Virus record (IMG/VR): IMGVR_UViG_3300037067_021792
Reading direction: 5' to 3' (one strand)
DNA: 64,000 nt
DNA from: a virus
Taxonomy: Duplodnaviria > Caudoviricetes
In this document: positions 20,899 to 30,669 of the stretch, piece after piece
Position numbering within the stretch: the first letter of the stretch is position 1
Layout of the letters: every line of letters starts with the position of its first letter
The notes under the pieces: model-generated
Seen by the model: the letters and a program-made list of their open reading frames with translations, nothing else
Database searches by the model: none
Told to the model about the DNA's origin: nothing
Program-made: the position numbers and the translations under genes

Positions 20899-21414
20899 AT
20901 GAAGTTCATGAGATACCCTATTATATCAAATAATAAAAAGATAATGATAGATGAGAGTAGAATCATATCAAAAATTAAAGATATGATCAAGAATTCTCGT
21001 GTAATGAGAAAATTATTTGAAGAATTTGAAGTTAGTCCAGAGAAAATTGATGACCTACGAATACGAATAGTAGAGATAGATGACAAGTATGCCGAGACAG
21101 ATGCAGACCAGATGCTTTTAAATAAATTTATGTTCGAAAAGGGAACATTCTTTGACGATTACTTCTTCGTGGTAATGCATGAGATTGTGCATTATCTATC
21201 TAGAACAAAAGAACAAAACTCATATTTTGCGGATCCAGAAGAACAATTAGGATTTGTTAATTCTATAGCGTTTGAAATAGAGCGTGGCACTGATTTGGAT
21301 ATAATTTGGAATCGTATATATCCTAAAGTCGAATTCCATTTTCATAACCCAAGAGACGCAAAACAGTTCTTTAAAAATATGGTAGAAAAAGCCTATAAGT
21401 TGTTGGAGTCGTAA
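20899..21414 (+). CDS. HExxH zinc metalloprotease-like protein
   Basis: VMHEIVHYL, followed by YF.DPEE. Confidence 0.65.
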   Translation: MKFMRYPIISNNKKIMIDESRIISKIKDMIKNSRVMRKLFEEFEVSPEKIDDLRIRIVEIDDKYAETDADQMLLNKFMFEKGTFFDDYFFVVMHEIVHYLSRTKEQNSYFADPEEQLGFVNSIAFEIERGTDLDIIWNRIYPKVEFHFHNPRDAKQFFKNMVEKAYKLLES

Positions 21415-21415
21415 A

Positions 21416-22351
21416 TTGAAACACGCACTTGGATTGGTTACTCGTGGACGCTGGAAGCTAACCCAGCAAACTCTGATGAGTTTATTTTACTCACAGCAGC
21501 CAAAGAATAGCTATGACCTTTATATTATAGACAATTGCTCACCGGAAAAAGATGCTAATAATCTAAGAGGGTTTATTAAATCAGGATTACTGCCAGTCAA
21601 AAATGCATATTTCCTACCCACAGAGGCAACCACATCAGAAGCATGGAATTTATTCTTGGCACTTACTGAAAAATATGATTTTCGTACTAAATTGGATAAT
21701 GATATTGTTTTCAGGGGAACGATTCCGCCAACGCCACAGAAGATCGCTGCGAATCAATCTAACCCGGCTGATTCTGGGCCGAACCCAGGGTCGATCCCTT
21801 GTGGCCCTCCAGTGAAAGGCGCAATGTCATCTCAGATTGCTCGTAGCAGGGCAGAAAAACGGAGAATGAAAGAATTTAATCACACTCGGTTTTTAGATCA
21901 TCTAGATCGATTCATGGATGAAAATAATGTCGGAATATGTGCTTTAGTCCCATGTCCAGAGCAATCCCAGTTTCATCAGGTAAGACGGGCATTGGCTGTT
22001 CAGCAGTTTGGTGCGCGGCCTTTTTTGGTGGGTGGATGTGTAATGATTTCAAAAGATACGTTTGATAAACTGGGGTTTTTTGATGAACGCATACCGAGAA
22101 AAATTGACTTGGAATATTCACAGCGTGCCATTAGAAATAAGATAAATATTGGCTATCATCCTCTTTATTATGTTAATCACATGGATAAAGGGCACACTGA
22201 AAGCAATGCCGTATTTCAAGCCAAAATTGAAAAATCTATGAATATTATCCAAAACAGCCCAGTCGAAACCCATTGCCCCTCGATGTGGTCCAAAGTGATT
22301 TGGAAGGTTTTATCGGCCTCCAAAAATAATAAAATTATTCATCTCAAGTGA
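21416..22351 (+). CDS. GT-A/GT2 glycosyltransferase
   Basis: IIDNCS, KLDND (DxD), GGCVMIS..LGFFDE, D.EYSQR. Confidence 0.8.
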   Translation: MKHALGLVTRGRWKLTQQTLMSLFYSQQPKNSYDLYIIDNCSPEKDANNLRGFIKSGLLPVKNAYFLPTEATTSEAWNLFLALTEKYDFRTKLDNDIVFRGTIPPTPQKIAANQSNPADSGPNPGSIPCGPPVKGAMSSQIARSRAEKRRMKEFNHTRFLDHLDRFMDENNVGICALVPCPEQSQFHQVRRALAVQQFGARPFLVGGCVMISKDTFDKLGFFDERIPRKIDLEYSQRAIRNKINIGYHPLYYVNHMDKGHTESNAVFQAKIEKSMNIIQNSPVETHCPSMWSKVIWKVLSASKNNKIIHLK

Positions 22352-22481
22352 CATCTGTGTCCAGTCATTTACACGCCGTTTTTTGCTCCCTGCCTTGCTC
22401 TAATTTGATTGATTTGGCAGCACCGAAAAGGTTTTCGAAATTTTACTTCTAATTATAATTGCACAGAACTAACCTCCTTCG

Positions 22482-23219
22482 GTGTATAATATGACAAAAC
22501 AGAGAGTATTATTGAACGTAAAGAGAGTAAAACAGCGTCCATCAGAGTGTTCTTTGGCTGCATCTACTGTACTGGCATCATTTTATGATCCATCAATCAA
22601 GTATCAGCAAGTGAGAAAATTGGTTTCCCAGAAGTTTAGAGACAAAGGAATGTGGACATCTGAGCAAGCTGGTCTTCTGAATGACCTTGGATTTACCAAG
22701 ATCACCATCGTTACAGCGGATTTGGATATAGTAGATTATAGCTGGACAGATTTAAGCAAAGATGAGTTGATAGAAAAATTAAAAAAAATGCGCACTCATT
22801 ATGGAAGGGCAAGAAACTTTGGGGAAAAGGGACGAGTCAGCGATATGATTAAATGGCTCTCCAGAGAGGAACATGATAATCAGCTGAAAATTGATCAGGA
22901 CTTTCCTAAGTGGATTCGCAGATATATTGATAATGGTCGTCCGGTTTGTGCGTCAATTAATTGGACAGCACTTCATAAAATGCCCAAGTCATCAGCATAC
23001 GCCGATGGGAATAGAGACAAGTATGTTGACATAGGTGGCACTCCTGAACTCCACTCAATTGTTGTGAGAGGGTATGATGATGACGGGATTTTTGTTGTGG
23101 ATTCTCACACTAAATACTACAAAGGACGATTACGCAGATATAGAAATGGATACTATAAGATTTCATGGAACAAATTTTTGGTCAATGCACCTTTTGGTGA
23201 TTTGATATTGGTGGGTTGA
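22482..23219 (+). CDS. Papain-like C39-family cysteine peptidase
   Basis: Q...ECSLAA, HSIVVRGYD, VVDS catalytic triad. Confidence 0.75.
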   Translation: MYNMTKQRVLLNVKRVKQRPSECSLAASTVLASFYDPSIKYQQVRKLVSQKFRDKGMWTSEQAGLLNDLGFTKITIVTADLDIVDYSWTDLSKDELIEKLKKMRTHYGRARNFGEKGRVSDMIKWLSREEHDNQLKIDQDFPKWIRRYIDNGRPVCASINWTALHKMPKSSAYADGNRDKYVDIGGTPELHSIVVRGYDDDGIFVVDSHTKYYKGRLRRYRNGYYKISWNKFLVNAPFGDLILVG

Positions 23220-23476
23220 TGTCCTGGTTAAAACGAGCATATACTGATGCAAATAGCATTATTCAACAAGTAAATGGTGGGGCACTTTCACCGCAATCAG
23301 CAGCGTTACAATTACAGGGGATGGATGTTTGTGGGGCAATATCGAATATGGTTGACAGCTACGGATACCTGATTCAGTTAAGTAGACTTTTGAGGTGTGG
23401 CGAGATGACAACATCACCCGAGGCAGCACCGAATGAGGAGTCTTTTCAGAATGTTAACAATGAGGAAGCAACATGA
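23216..23476 (+). CDS. Hypothetical protein with N-terminal WLKRA motif
   Basis: MMSWLKRAY. Confidence 0.55.
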   Translation: MMSWLKRAYTDANSIIQQVNGGALSPQSAALQLQGMDVCGAISNMVDSYGYLIQLSRLLRCGEMTTSPEAAPNEESFQNVNNEEAT

Positions 23477-24279
23477 AGGTGAGAAATTATTCGTTTAAGG
23501 ATTCAACGAGATTGCCAGAGCATAAAATGACCGAAATAAATGGAGTAAAGATACCGGCAATGCCAGGATCGTGCTACCATGCCATTATTTGTGCTCTCGC
23601 GGAAAATAAAGACCAATTTGTCGTATGGCCTCGTATACTGGAGCGAGTAGAAAAGTATATGCGGCAATTCGGTGGTGATGAAGTGTGGAATAAATTCAAG
23701 AATAAAAGCCAAGTGAAACCACTCAATAGAAGAATTAAAGATAATGTTCATACTCTTACCCGACGGGGAAAAGATTGCTATGGATATCGAATGCACGAAA
23801 AGGGCATGTGTATCTATTTCTTTAAAGATGGCGCTATGCTTTTAACTGGTGGTGAGATAGAGACGCATGGTAAAACATATGATGTCACGTTTCCGTGCGG
23901 TAGAAAACTCCAGGTTAGATATCGTGGCACTACAATGACCAGTAGAGAATACAAGAGATTTTATGATGCCGGATATATAGATATTAATTGTAAAATACTT
24001 GATAATGAGGGCATTAAACAATCCAGAGTTAAAGCAAGGACATTTTTACCACAGCAAGCACCTAATTCTTTGGAACGAGTTCAAATTTCTATTGAACTAG
24101 ATGAGTCGTATGATCAGAATACGGCTGATAGATTATCTAATCTAGGATTGGTAGTTCAAGAATTAAATGACAATATGCTTATTGGCATAATTATTGCAGA
24201 TAAAGTGAATGATGTTAAAGAAGATACAGATGTGATAAGTGTCACAGTGTTGGGGCAGGAGTCATATAATGCAGGCTAG
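23473..24279 (+). CDS. Hypothetical protein
   Basis: 268-aa ORF with RBS. Confidence 0.6.
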   Translation: MKVRNYSFKDSTRLPEHKMTEINGVKIPAMPGSCYHAIICALAENKDQFVVWPRILERVEKYMRQFGGDEVWNKFKNKSQVKPLNRRIKDNVHTLTRRGKDCYGYRMHEKGMCIYFFKDGAMLLTGGEIETHGKTYDVTFPCGRKLQVRYRGTTMTSREYKRFYDAGYIDINCKILDNEGIKQSRVKARTFLPQQAPNSLERVQISIELDESYDQNTADRLSNLGLVVQELNDNMLIGIIIADKVNDVKEDTDVISVTVLGQESYNAG

Positions 24280-24626
24280 TTTCGGAAGGCAAATGAACCA
24301 GTCAATAAAATCTGACAAGGCATCTCCTGCCCAAGTAAAAACAGATGAGATTGGCTCAACAGTGTCCTTTATGCTGGGCATTACTTCTGTTGGTATGGAA
24401 GAGACGATACAAAAAGACATTTATGGCATGATAACTAAAAAACAGCAGCATAGTCTTAATGGATATGTTTTGTGTTTATCAAAAATTGTGTCACATGAAA
24501 TAGGATGGTCTTGTTTGTCTGGTGCATTCTCTCGGGCTAATACGGCGATACCATCAAAATATTATATGCTCTTCAATAAAAGTAAAGATCAAATAAGAAC
24601 ACGGGGATTTCAGGTAGGGAAGTGAA

Positions 24627-24956
24627 ATGTCACATAAGGCGTCAATATCTATATTTCGCAAGTCTATTAAAACGGATAGTAAAGTCGCTACACCAATAGT
24701 TCCTGATGAGGTTTTCAAAGCAGCTCAGCGTGTGATTGAAAGCAAAGGGGTGGAGCTAGTGAAATCTACAGATGGGGTTTATTTGCTTCAATACTCTGAA
24801 ACGGGGCCATTTAAAGAAAAAATTAGCGATGACTGGCTACCAGTTTTTGTTATGAAGCTCCAAGAATGGAGTTCGGGAGGAATAAAAAAAGAAGAACTTG
24901 ATGGTTACTTATCAGAAATAATAGATTTGGATAATGCAAATGCTCAGTCCGGATGA
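24627..24956 (+). CDS. Hypothetical protein
   Basis: ORF in operon. Confidence 0.55.
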   Translation: MSHKASISIFRKSIKTDSKVATPIVPDEVFKAAQRVIESKGVELVKSTDGVYLLQYSETGPFKEKISDDWLPVFVMKLQEWSSGGIKKEELDGYLSEIIDLDNANAQSG

Positions 24957-26103
24957 GATTTCAGATTCTAAAGTTAAAGAGTGGTATGCAAAAAAACTCG
25001 GTTCACCAAAAGCTCTCATAATAGAGCACTTTGACGGAACGTGGTCGAGGGTATTTTCTAGGAATCTAATTCAGGAAAATATCCCAGTCGTTATTATTTC
25101 ATTGTTCAGAGATATTGATATACCAGATAGAACGTGTATAAAAGTTAAATTAAATATTACCACTAACGAAATTGACTATAAAGCCTTAGAGAAATTACTC
25201 ATTGACCACAACATTGGATTCGTGTTTCAGCATGCATCTTTTGAACGACCTTATACTAAAATTTCCGATTATATTGAGAGCAGAAATTCTTTAATTGAGC
25301 AATACAAGTTACCTGTTCGGCCAATTGACATTTTCCATTTTGAGGGCGGATTTTTACGGCCAAGTTTATATCAGTTGGACTGCGTTGGTTGGAATTTGTG
25401 GAATTCAATGACTGATGAATCTTTTCCTAATATAAGTCAAGATCAAGAGACGGAATTGGATAAATGGCTTGTGAGGTTCCGAGAGGAAAAAACTCGTGGC
25501 ACCATTTTTTCAAAACAGGATCTCTGCGAAAAGTTTAATATTCCGCCGAATAAATCAATCGTATTATGCGGTATGCAAGTTCCTGGAGACAGTGTTCTTT
25601 TGCATTTCTCGCCATGGTGTAATACTCCATCGGAATTTATAGAAAATTGTATAAAAATTTTTCCTTCAGACCGTTTTCATCTAATATTTCGGCGACATCC
25701 CAAAGATACCGAGCAGTCAATGCTGGTAGATTTATTACAAATGTCACTTCCCGACCATTGCACTTTTCTACCGCCCTTGGATGGTGAGGCATATGACTCA
25801 GGATCTTTTTTGCCGGCATGTGACGTGGTTTGTGTTGTTAATTCTACGTTAGGATGCGAAGCTTTGGCATTTGATAAACCAGTAGTTAATTTAGGATTTG
25901 CCGCTTATCGATCAGCAACAATCCCATGCTATAATGACGATTCCAAAACGATTGAAAAAATGTTACAACAGATAGACCGATTTTCAGAATACAGAGTGCG
26001 GGTTAGAAACTTATTATACCATATCATTACCAACTCCCCGGGATTAAGGGGATTATCATTTAAAGATTTGGTCAACAAGAAGTCGAGATATCACAAAATA
26101 TGA
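24934..26103 (+). CDS. KpsS/KpsC-like capsule-modification glycosyltransferase
   Basis: FEGGFLRP, MQVPGDS, RRHP, VNSTLGCEAL..KPV..LG.A.Y. Confidence 0.78.
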   Translation: MQMLSPDEISDSKVKEWYAKKLGSPKALIIEHFDGTWSRVFSRNLIQENIPVVIISLFRDIDIPDRTCIKVKLNITTNEIDYKALEKLLIDHNIGFVFQHASFERPYTKISDYIESRNSLIEQYKLPVRPIDIFHFEGGFLRPSLYQLDCVGWNLWNSMTDESFPNISQDQETELDKWLVRFREEKTRGTIFSKQDLCEKFNIPPNKSIVLCGMQVPGDSVLLHFSPWCNTPSEFIENCIKIFPSDRFHLIFRRHPKDTEQSMLVDLLQMSLPDHCTFLPPLDGEAYDSGSFLPACDVVCVVNSTLGCEALAFDKPVVNLGFAAYRSATIPCYNDDSKTIEKMLQQIDRFSEYRVRVRNLLYHIITNSPGLRGLSFKDLVNKKSRYHKI

Positions 26104-27305
26104 TAAATGGGAATTTGCGACTTATCGAATTGTTTGCGAAAAGATACCTTCGCCCTGGAATATCTGTACTTGATGTTGGATCTAATGGGGAAGCTGCTTA
26201 TATCTTTTCTCAAAAACAATGCGTAGTAACAGCTCTTAGTTATGGAGATATTCCATCGTCTCCGGAATATTGTAAAGTAAAAACTAATTTGTTATTCTTC
26301 GATTCAGATGATAAATTTGATGCGATTTGGTGTTCGCATGTATTAGAGCACATTTCTAATGTCAACATCTTTTTGCGGAAAATGATTAGTTGTGCCAAAA
26401 GCGATGCTTCGATTGGAGTGGTAGTTCCTCTAATAAAAGACGTATTAGTTGGTGGGCATATAAATTTATTTACTCCTGGTACTTTATGCTACAGTATAGT
26501 ACTTGCTGGTCAGGATTTATCCCAAGCTACTGTTATACAATATAAAAACAACATCTGTGTATTTTGGAAAAGGCGAGATATATATCTGCCTACACTAAAA
26601 TATGATAAAGGAGATTTGGAAATTTTGTCGTCGTTATTCCCACTTCCCGTTTGTCAAGACATTCAGGCAACAACGATATGGTCAGATGTCAGATCTGACG
26701 ATTTTGACAGAGACAAAAATAATTTTGCTGACCAATTAGAAGATTTAGCTCGTGATTCAAATATCGAAGATAGATTTAAAAATGCAGAAATGTTATGGCA
26801 TAGATACTCCAGGGTAATAGAACATGCTAAATCAATGGGATATAAAAAGGGGTTGGACTTTGGTCCTGGTTCGTGTCCAGGACTGATCGCCGGCAAACTA
26901 CTCGGAGTCGATGTTTCAGGGATAGACATACCGATTTGTAGGGGACTGCCTAATAGATTTCACACAATCCATCAACATGCAATACAAAAAGGGTTCAATT
27001 TAACAATATGCGATACTGATTTATACCCGTGGGCTTTTGACAGCGATTCTTTTGATTTTGTTTTGTGTTTTGATGCTCTTTTTGTGGATTGGAAACAACA
27101 TATAGATTGGAAGGTTGATCCTTCCAGATGCCTGTCGAGGATTAACGAAATGTTGCGGATTTTAAAGAATGGAGGAGGGTTTTATATTGGGGGCGGTGGT
27201 GGCATGGGCCTAGACGCAGACTTTGTTAAATTGGTATCGTTCAGTAATCTTAAAAGTATCAAGTTTTTTAAATGGGAATTCGCTTCTATCTCCCAGATTC
27301 TGTAG
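26100..27305 (+). CDS. Tandem class I SAM-dependent methyltransferase (two domains)
   Basis: VLDVGS..FDAIWCSHVLEH; second GLDFGPG..SFDFV..EMLRILKNGG. Confidence 0.8.
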   Translation: MINGNLRLIELFAKRYLRPGISVLDVGSNGEAAYIFSQKQCVVTALSYGDIPSSPEYCKVKTNLLFFDSDDKFDAIWCSHVLEHISNVNIFLRKMISCAKSDASIGVVVPLIKDVLVGGHINLFTPGTLCYSIVLAGQDLSQATVIQYKNNICVFWKRRDIYLPTLKYDKGDLEILSSLFPLPVCQDIQATTIWSDVRSDDFDRDKNNFADQLEDLARDSNIEDRFKNAEMLWHRYSRVIEHAKSMGYKKGLDFGPGSCPGLIAGKLLGVDVSGIDIPICRGLPNRFHTIHQHAIQKGFNLTICDTDLYPWAFDSDSFDFVLCFDALFVDWKQHIDWKVDPSRCLSRINEMLRILKNGGGFYIGGGGGMGLDADFVKLVSFSNLKSIKFFKWEFASISQIL

Positions 27306-27308
27306 TAT

Positions 27309-27566
27309 TCAGAGCTGCTTACCTCTAGAATGTATGATATGAAAAGGTATCAACCGCCTTTCTCCTTTGACTGGCACTATTAAAGCAGAATGGTCTTCTG
27401 TTAGCTCGGCGGCTTTCCACATGGGTTTATGGGTCACTAATTTTTTGGGTAAATCAGAAATTTTTAGAACATAAGAGTTGTTGTCCAGAAATCTGACTAC
27501 GAATACTTCATCTTTAGGATGAAAGCTAAATTCAACGATATACGCAAATTCTCTTAGATCTGTCAT
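27309..27566 (-). CDS. Hypothetical small beta-rich protein
   Basis: ORF preceded by a GTATAAT -10 element. Confidence 0.55.
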   Translation of the reverse strand: MTDLREFAYIVEFSFHPKDEVFVVRFLDNNSYVLKISDLPKKLVTHKPMWKAAELTEDHSALIVPVKGERRLIPFHIIHSRGKQL

Positions 27567-27585
27567 GTTGTATTATACAACAGAT

Positions 27586-28785
27586 TTAGTCATTCATGAG
27601 CCCACGATTTTGTTCTCGATGCACAGCTCCTGGTGTGAAAGAAACAATTTTTCCTTTCCAGCCAATTTTATTGCGCGATAAGTCAAGATACTCATCGGGT
27701 ATTTTGCTTGGATTTTGAAAGGAAACAAAAGTGACTTGATGAGAAAAAGGCAGCACTGAATATGTCCAGGCTGTGCCATCTGCACTTAACTCTATCAATC
27801 GATTTGCTATATCTTGTTCATTTTCAATGGTTTCGGTTATACGATTTAAATATTTAGCACTAAATATGTATTTCCAGTCTGATTTTTGTGCTCTGGGCCT
27901 GATTTTCTTAAAAGCTTTTTTAGCAGCATAAGAAAGAGACCTCAACATAGGTATTGCTATTGTTTGATTAGTAGCAAAGGGTTCTGGCTGTTTTGGTGGG
28001 TCTTTGGCCCGTTCTTTTGGTTCTGACATAACCATTTCTTTGGGTGGTTCCGGATCAAATATTTTCTGCAATAACTCTTCTTTAGTGCCACCTTGTCTTT
28101 CGTATTTGTCCACAAATTGAATTATGGAGGAAACTGGTTCGTCGGGCCACATTTTTTGTAATGCACTTAAAACATCCGACATATCCATAGAATATCGGTA
28201 TGTCGTGACTCGATTCCGGCCTGTTCCTTTCTTTTTAACTGTTTGATTAGGGTCTTTTATGCTCCAAAATTGATTTAGGGTAGAATCTGAACTTATATCG
28301 GGGTATCGATTTCCGTAAATGGTATTTCTCCAATCTGGTGCCTTTTCTATATCTGCAATATAAAAATTATATAGAGGCACATTGCTACGTTCTTTATGCT
28401 CAACATCGGTTTTATCAAGGGCAGCACGTAATTGAGTTTTAACTCCTGTCATTGGTTGAAGGCTATAAGTCATATCTTTGGTAGTTTTTTCGACGATCTT
28501 TTGTATGTTTTCGTAGGTTTTTATGGCGGATTTTTTCTCATTTTTTTTGAAATGCCAATATTCTTGATAACCAGAAATGCCCAGTTTGGTATTAATAACA
28601 TATAAGCCAATCGAATACCCCTTTTTTGTTTCATCAAGGGCCAGGTTGACATTATAGTCATCTGTGCAATATCGATCTATATCGTGAATGTAGTAGGTTC
28701 GTCCTTTTGAGAGGTGCTCTGATATCGAGTCACCTTCTTGCACGGTTGTGGCAACTTTGATTGGATATACATTTTTCCACGGCAT
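27586..28785 (-). CDS. Hypothetical protein, possibly virion-internal
   Basis: 399-aa ORF downstream of a class-2 promoter. Confidence 0.6.
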   Translation of the reverse strand: MPWKNVYPIKVATTVQEGDSISEHLSKGRTYYIHDIDRYCTDDYNVNLALDETKKGYSIGLYVINTKLGISGYQEYWHFKKNEKKSAIKTYENIQKIVEKTTKDMTYSLQPMTGVKTQLRAALDKTDVEHKERSNVPLYNFYIADIEKAPDWRNTIYGNRYPDISSDSTLNQFWSIKDPNQTVKKKGTGRNRVTTYRYSMDMSDVLSALQKMWPDEPVSSIIQFVDKYERQGGTKEELLQKIFDPEPPKEMVMSEPKERAKDPPKQPEPFATNQTIAIPMLRSLSYAAKKAFKKIRPRAQKSDWKYIFSAKYLNRITETIENEQDIANRLIELSADGTAWTYSVLPFSHQVTFVSFQNPSKIPDEYLDLSRNKIGWKGKIVSFTPGAVHREQNRGLMND

Positions 28786-28791
28786 AGATTA

Positions 28792-28861
28792 ATTATACGG
28801 CGCTAGCACTGAATTGTCCTTTGAAATTTCCAAAGGAATAGATACAATCAATTCGGTATAA
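28792..28861. promoter_or_regulatory. Divergent pair of class-2 promoters
   Basis: Minus strand AAGGA-N18-GTATAAT (28821 to 28792); plus strand AAGGA-N18-GTATAA (28833-28861). Confidence 0.65.
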
Positions 28862-28888
28862 GTAATTGGAGAAAATCGGAGAAATTTG

Positions 28889-29596
28889 ATGGATCTAATA
28901 GTAAAACCCATAAATCAATGTATAAGTAAATTTGCGCAACAATCTGGCAATCCTTTTGTCGGGGTTCCTGGCACTCCAAATTTGCCTCCTGCCGCTCCTG
29001 CGCCTGCTCCGGCTGCACCTGCTCCGGCTGCACCTGCTCCGGCTGCAGTTGCTACTCCTGCTGCTGGTGGTGGTGCTGCCCAAATGCTTCGGGATGCTAT
29101 TAAATCATTCGGCAATATATTGAATAATCAATTGATTAGACCATATAACAAAGCTATTCAGGAAGCATTAGCAGCTTTAAAATATTTGTCAAGCGTTAAC
29201 CCGCAGTCAATAAGTCCTCAAATCACTCAACAAGTGTATTCAGTTGTTAATATGCTGAATCAAATGAGCGCTACAACCCAAAAAGACTCTGCGTTGGCGT
29301 CACAATTAGTGCAGGGGATTCAGCAATTGATGATGTCGATTAAAAGGTCTTTTGGTACAATGGAGCGAAGCCCTGAGTATACTAAGGCGCTACAGGATAT
29401 CCAGCGGCAATATGCCCAAAGACAACCACAGGCACCACAATTGCAAGCGCCGCGGACACAAAATCCAGGATTATGGCAAAGAATGCAGCAAGGCTTACAG
29501 AATTGGATACAGCCCGGAACAGCCCGAGCCAAAACAGATAGTTCAATTAAAATTAGCGCCCAGATGGGATCGGTAAATTCAATTATCGAAAAATAA
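28889..29596 (+). CDS. Ala/Pro/Gln-rich protein, candidate internal virion protein
   Basis: KFAQQ and KISAQ motifs; 15-bp CCTGCTCCGGCTGCA repeated 3 times encoding PAPAA. Confidence 0.6.
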   Translation: MDLIVKPINQCISKFAQQSGNPFVGVPGTPNLPPAAPAPAPAAPAPAAPAPAAVATPAAGGGAAQMLRDAIKSFGNILNNQLIRPYNKAIQEALAALKYLSSVNPQSISPQITQQVYSVVNMLNQMSATTQKDSALASQLVQGIQQLMMSIKRSFGTMERSPEYTKALQDIQRQYAQRQPQAPQLQAPRTQNPGLWQRMQQGLQNWIQPGTARAKTDSSIKISAQMGSVNSIIEK

Positions 29597-30627
29597 TGTC
29601 AAGTTGGCTACGAAAGATCGCACAGTCTGACATTCGATTCGACATGCATCGGTATGACGCCGAGATGTCGGAGTATATTACTGATTTATATTACAGAATC
29701 ATTGAAAACGAAGAGCGACTTAAGACATTTCAAGTAGATGCAAATTTTATAATCAATACCTATCAACAAGCAGGATATCCCGATATAGAAAAGCTCAAAG
29801 CAGCATTGCAGTCTGCCGATCCGTCAGCAGTAAGCGAACAACTAGGTGAAATATCTCAGTGGAATGTTAACCTTAATAAAAACAATTATGAGAATTATGA
29901 TCAAAGATATGAAGCTTATAAAATGCTCAGAGATTATGATGATACATTAACTCCTTCCTCGACTTCTATAGAAGAGGCACAGAAAATAATTGCCGATGTT
30001 CAGTCTAAAACCCGGCAGAACATGCAATGGATTGCTAATCAAATTCAGTCTGCCATAAGCCGTGTTTCTAACTGGAATAATAGTCCTATCATCATAACTC
30101 CCTCTCCGGTATCTGGTAGTTTTGGCAATGAATGGCTTGAACCTGCAACAGGCGCTGGTGTAAGAGTGGGAGGCGGGAACGATGATGAGCTTAGCCCGGA
30201 TTTTGAAATATTTGTTCACGAAAATCAAATAATAATACCACCTGAAGGCATTAATGAAGATAATGACTTTTTCCAAAATCCCAGAGTGACGAGCGATTAT
30301 TTTAATCTGATCAAAGAATTACAGAATCCTGGTTCCACAAATAGGCCAGGAAAAATACTAACACTTTTTACTGCTCGTCCCGTTGAACATCGAGAACAAT
30401 ATATGAGTGCAACTACTGTGCCGGGTGGTATTTGGCTTTCTAGCTCTTCAAGTAATGTCGAAGATGTGGCACTTGATCTGTCTGGCAAACGTGACATTTG
30501 GAAAGTCCGAATAGATGAACGATATGTTCAGAAACACTTAGATATGGGCTCTTATCAACATTATGAAGTCATGGGACGTGAACCGGTTCCGGTTAAAAGT
30601 ATCAAATTATATTATCCCGCTGATTGA
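29596..30627 (+). CDS. Hypothetical protein with WLRKIAQ N-terminus and possible ART-like C-terminal domain
   Basis: MSSWLRKIAQS; LTLFTAR..GIWLS..WKVRID..YEV. Confidence 0.5.
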   Translation: MSSWLRKIAQSDIRFDMHRYDAEMSEYITDLYYRIIENEERLKTFQVDANFIINTYQQAGYPDIEKLKAALQSADPSAVSEQLGEISQWNVNLNKNNYENYDQRYEAYKMLRDYDDTLTPSSTSIEEAQKIIADVQSKTRQNMQWIANQIQSAISRVSNWNNSPIIITPSPVSGSFGNEWLEPATGAGVRVGGGNDDELSPDFEIFVHENQIIIPPEGINEDNDFFQNPRVTSDYFNLIKELQNPGSTNRPGKILTLFTARPVEHREQYMSATTVPGGIWLSSSSSNVEDVALDLSGKRDIWKVRIDERYVQKHLDMGSYQHYEVMGREPVPVKSIKLYYPAD

Positions 30628-30652
30628 CAAATACCTATTCCTGTAGTATACT
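30624..30652 (+). promoter_or_regulatory. sigma70-type promoter
   Basis: TTGACA-17-TATACT. Confidence 0.75.
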
Positions 30653-30669
30653 ATTACAAAGGAGATACT

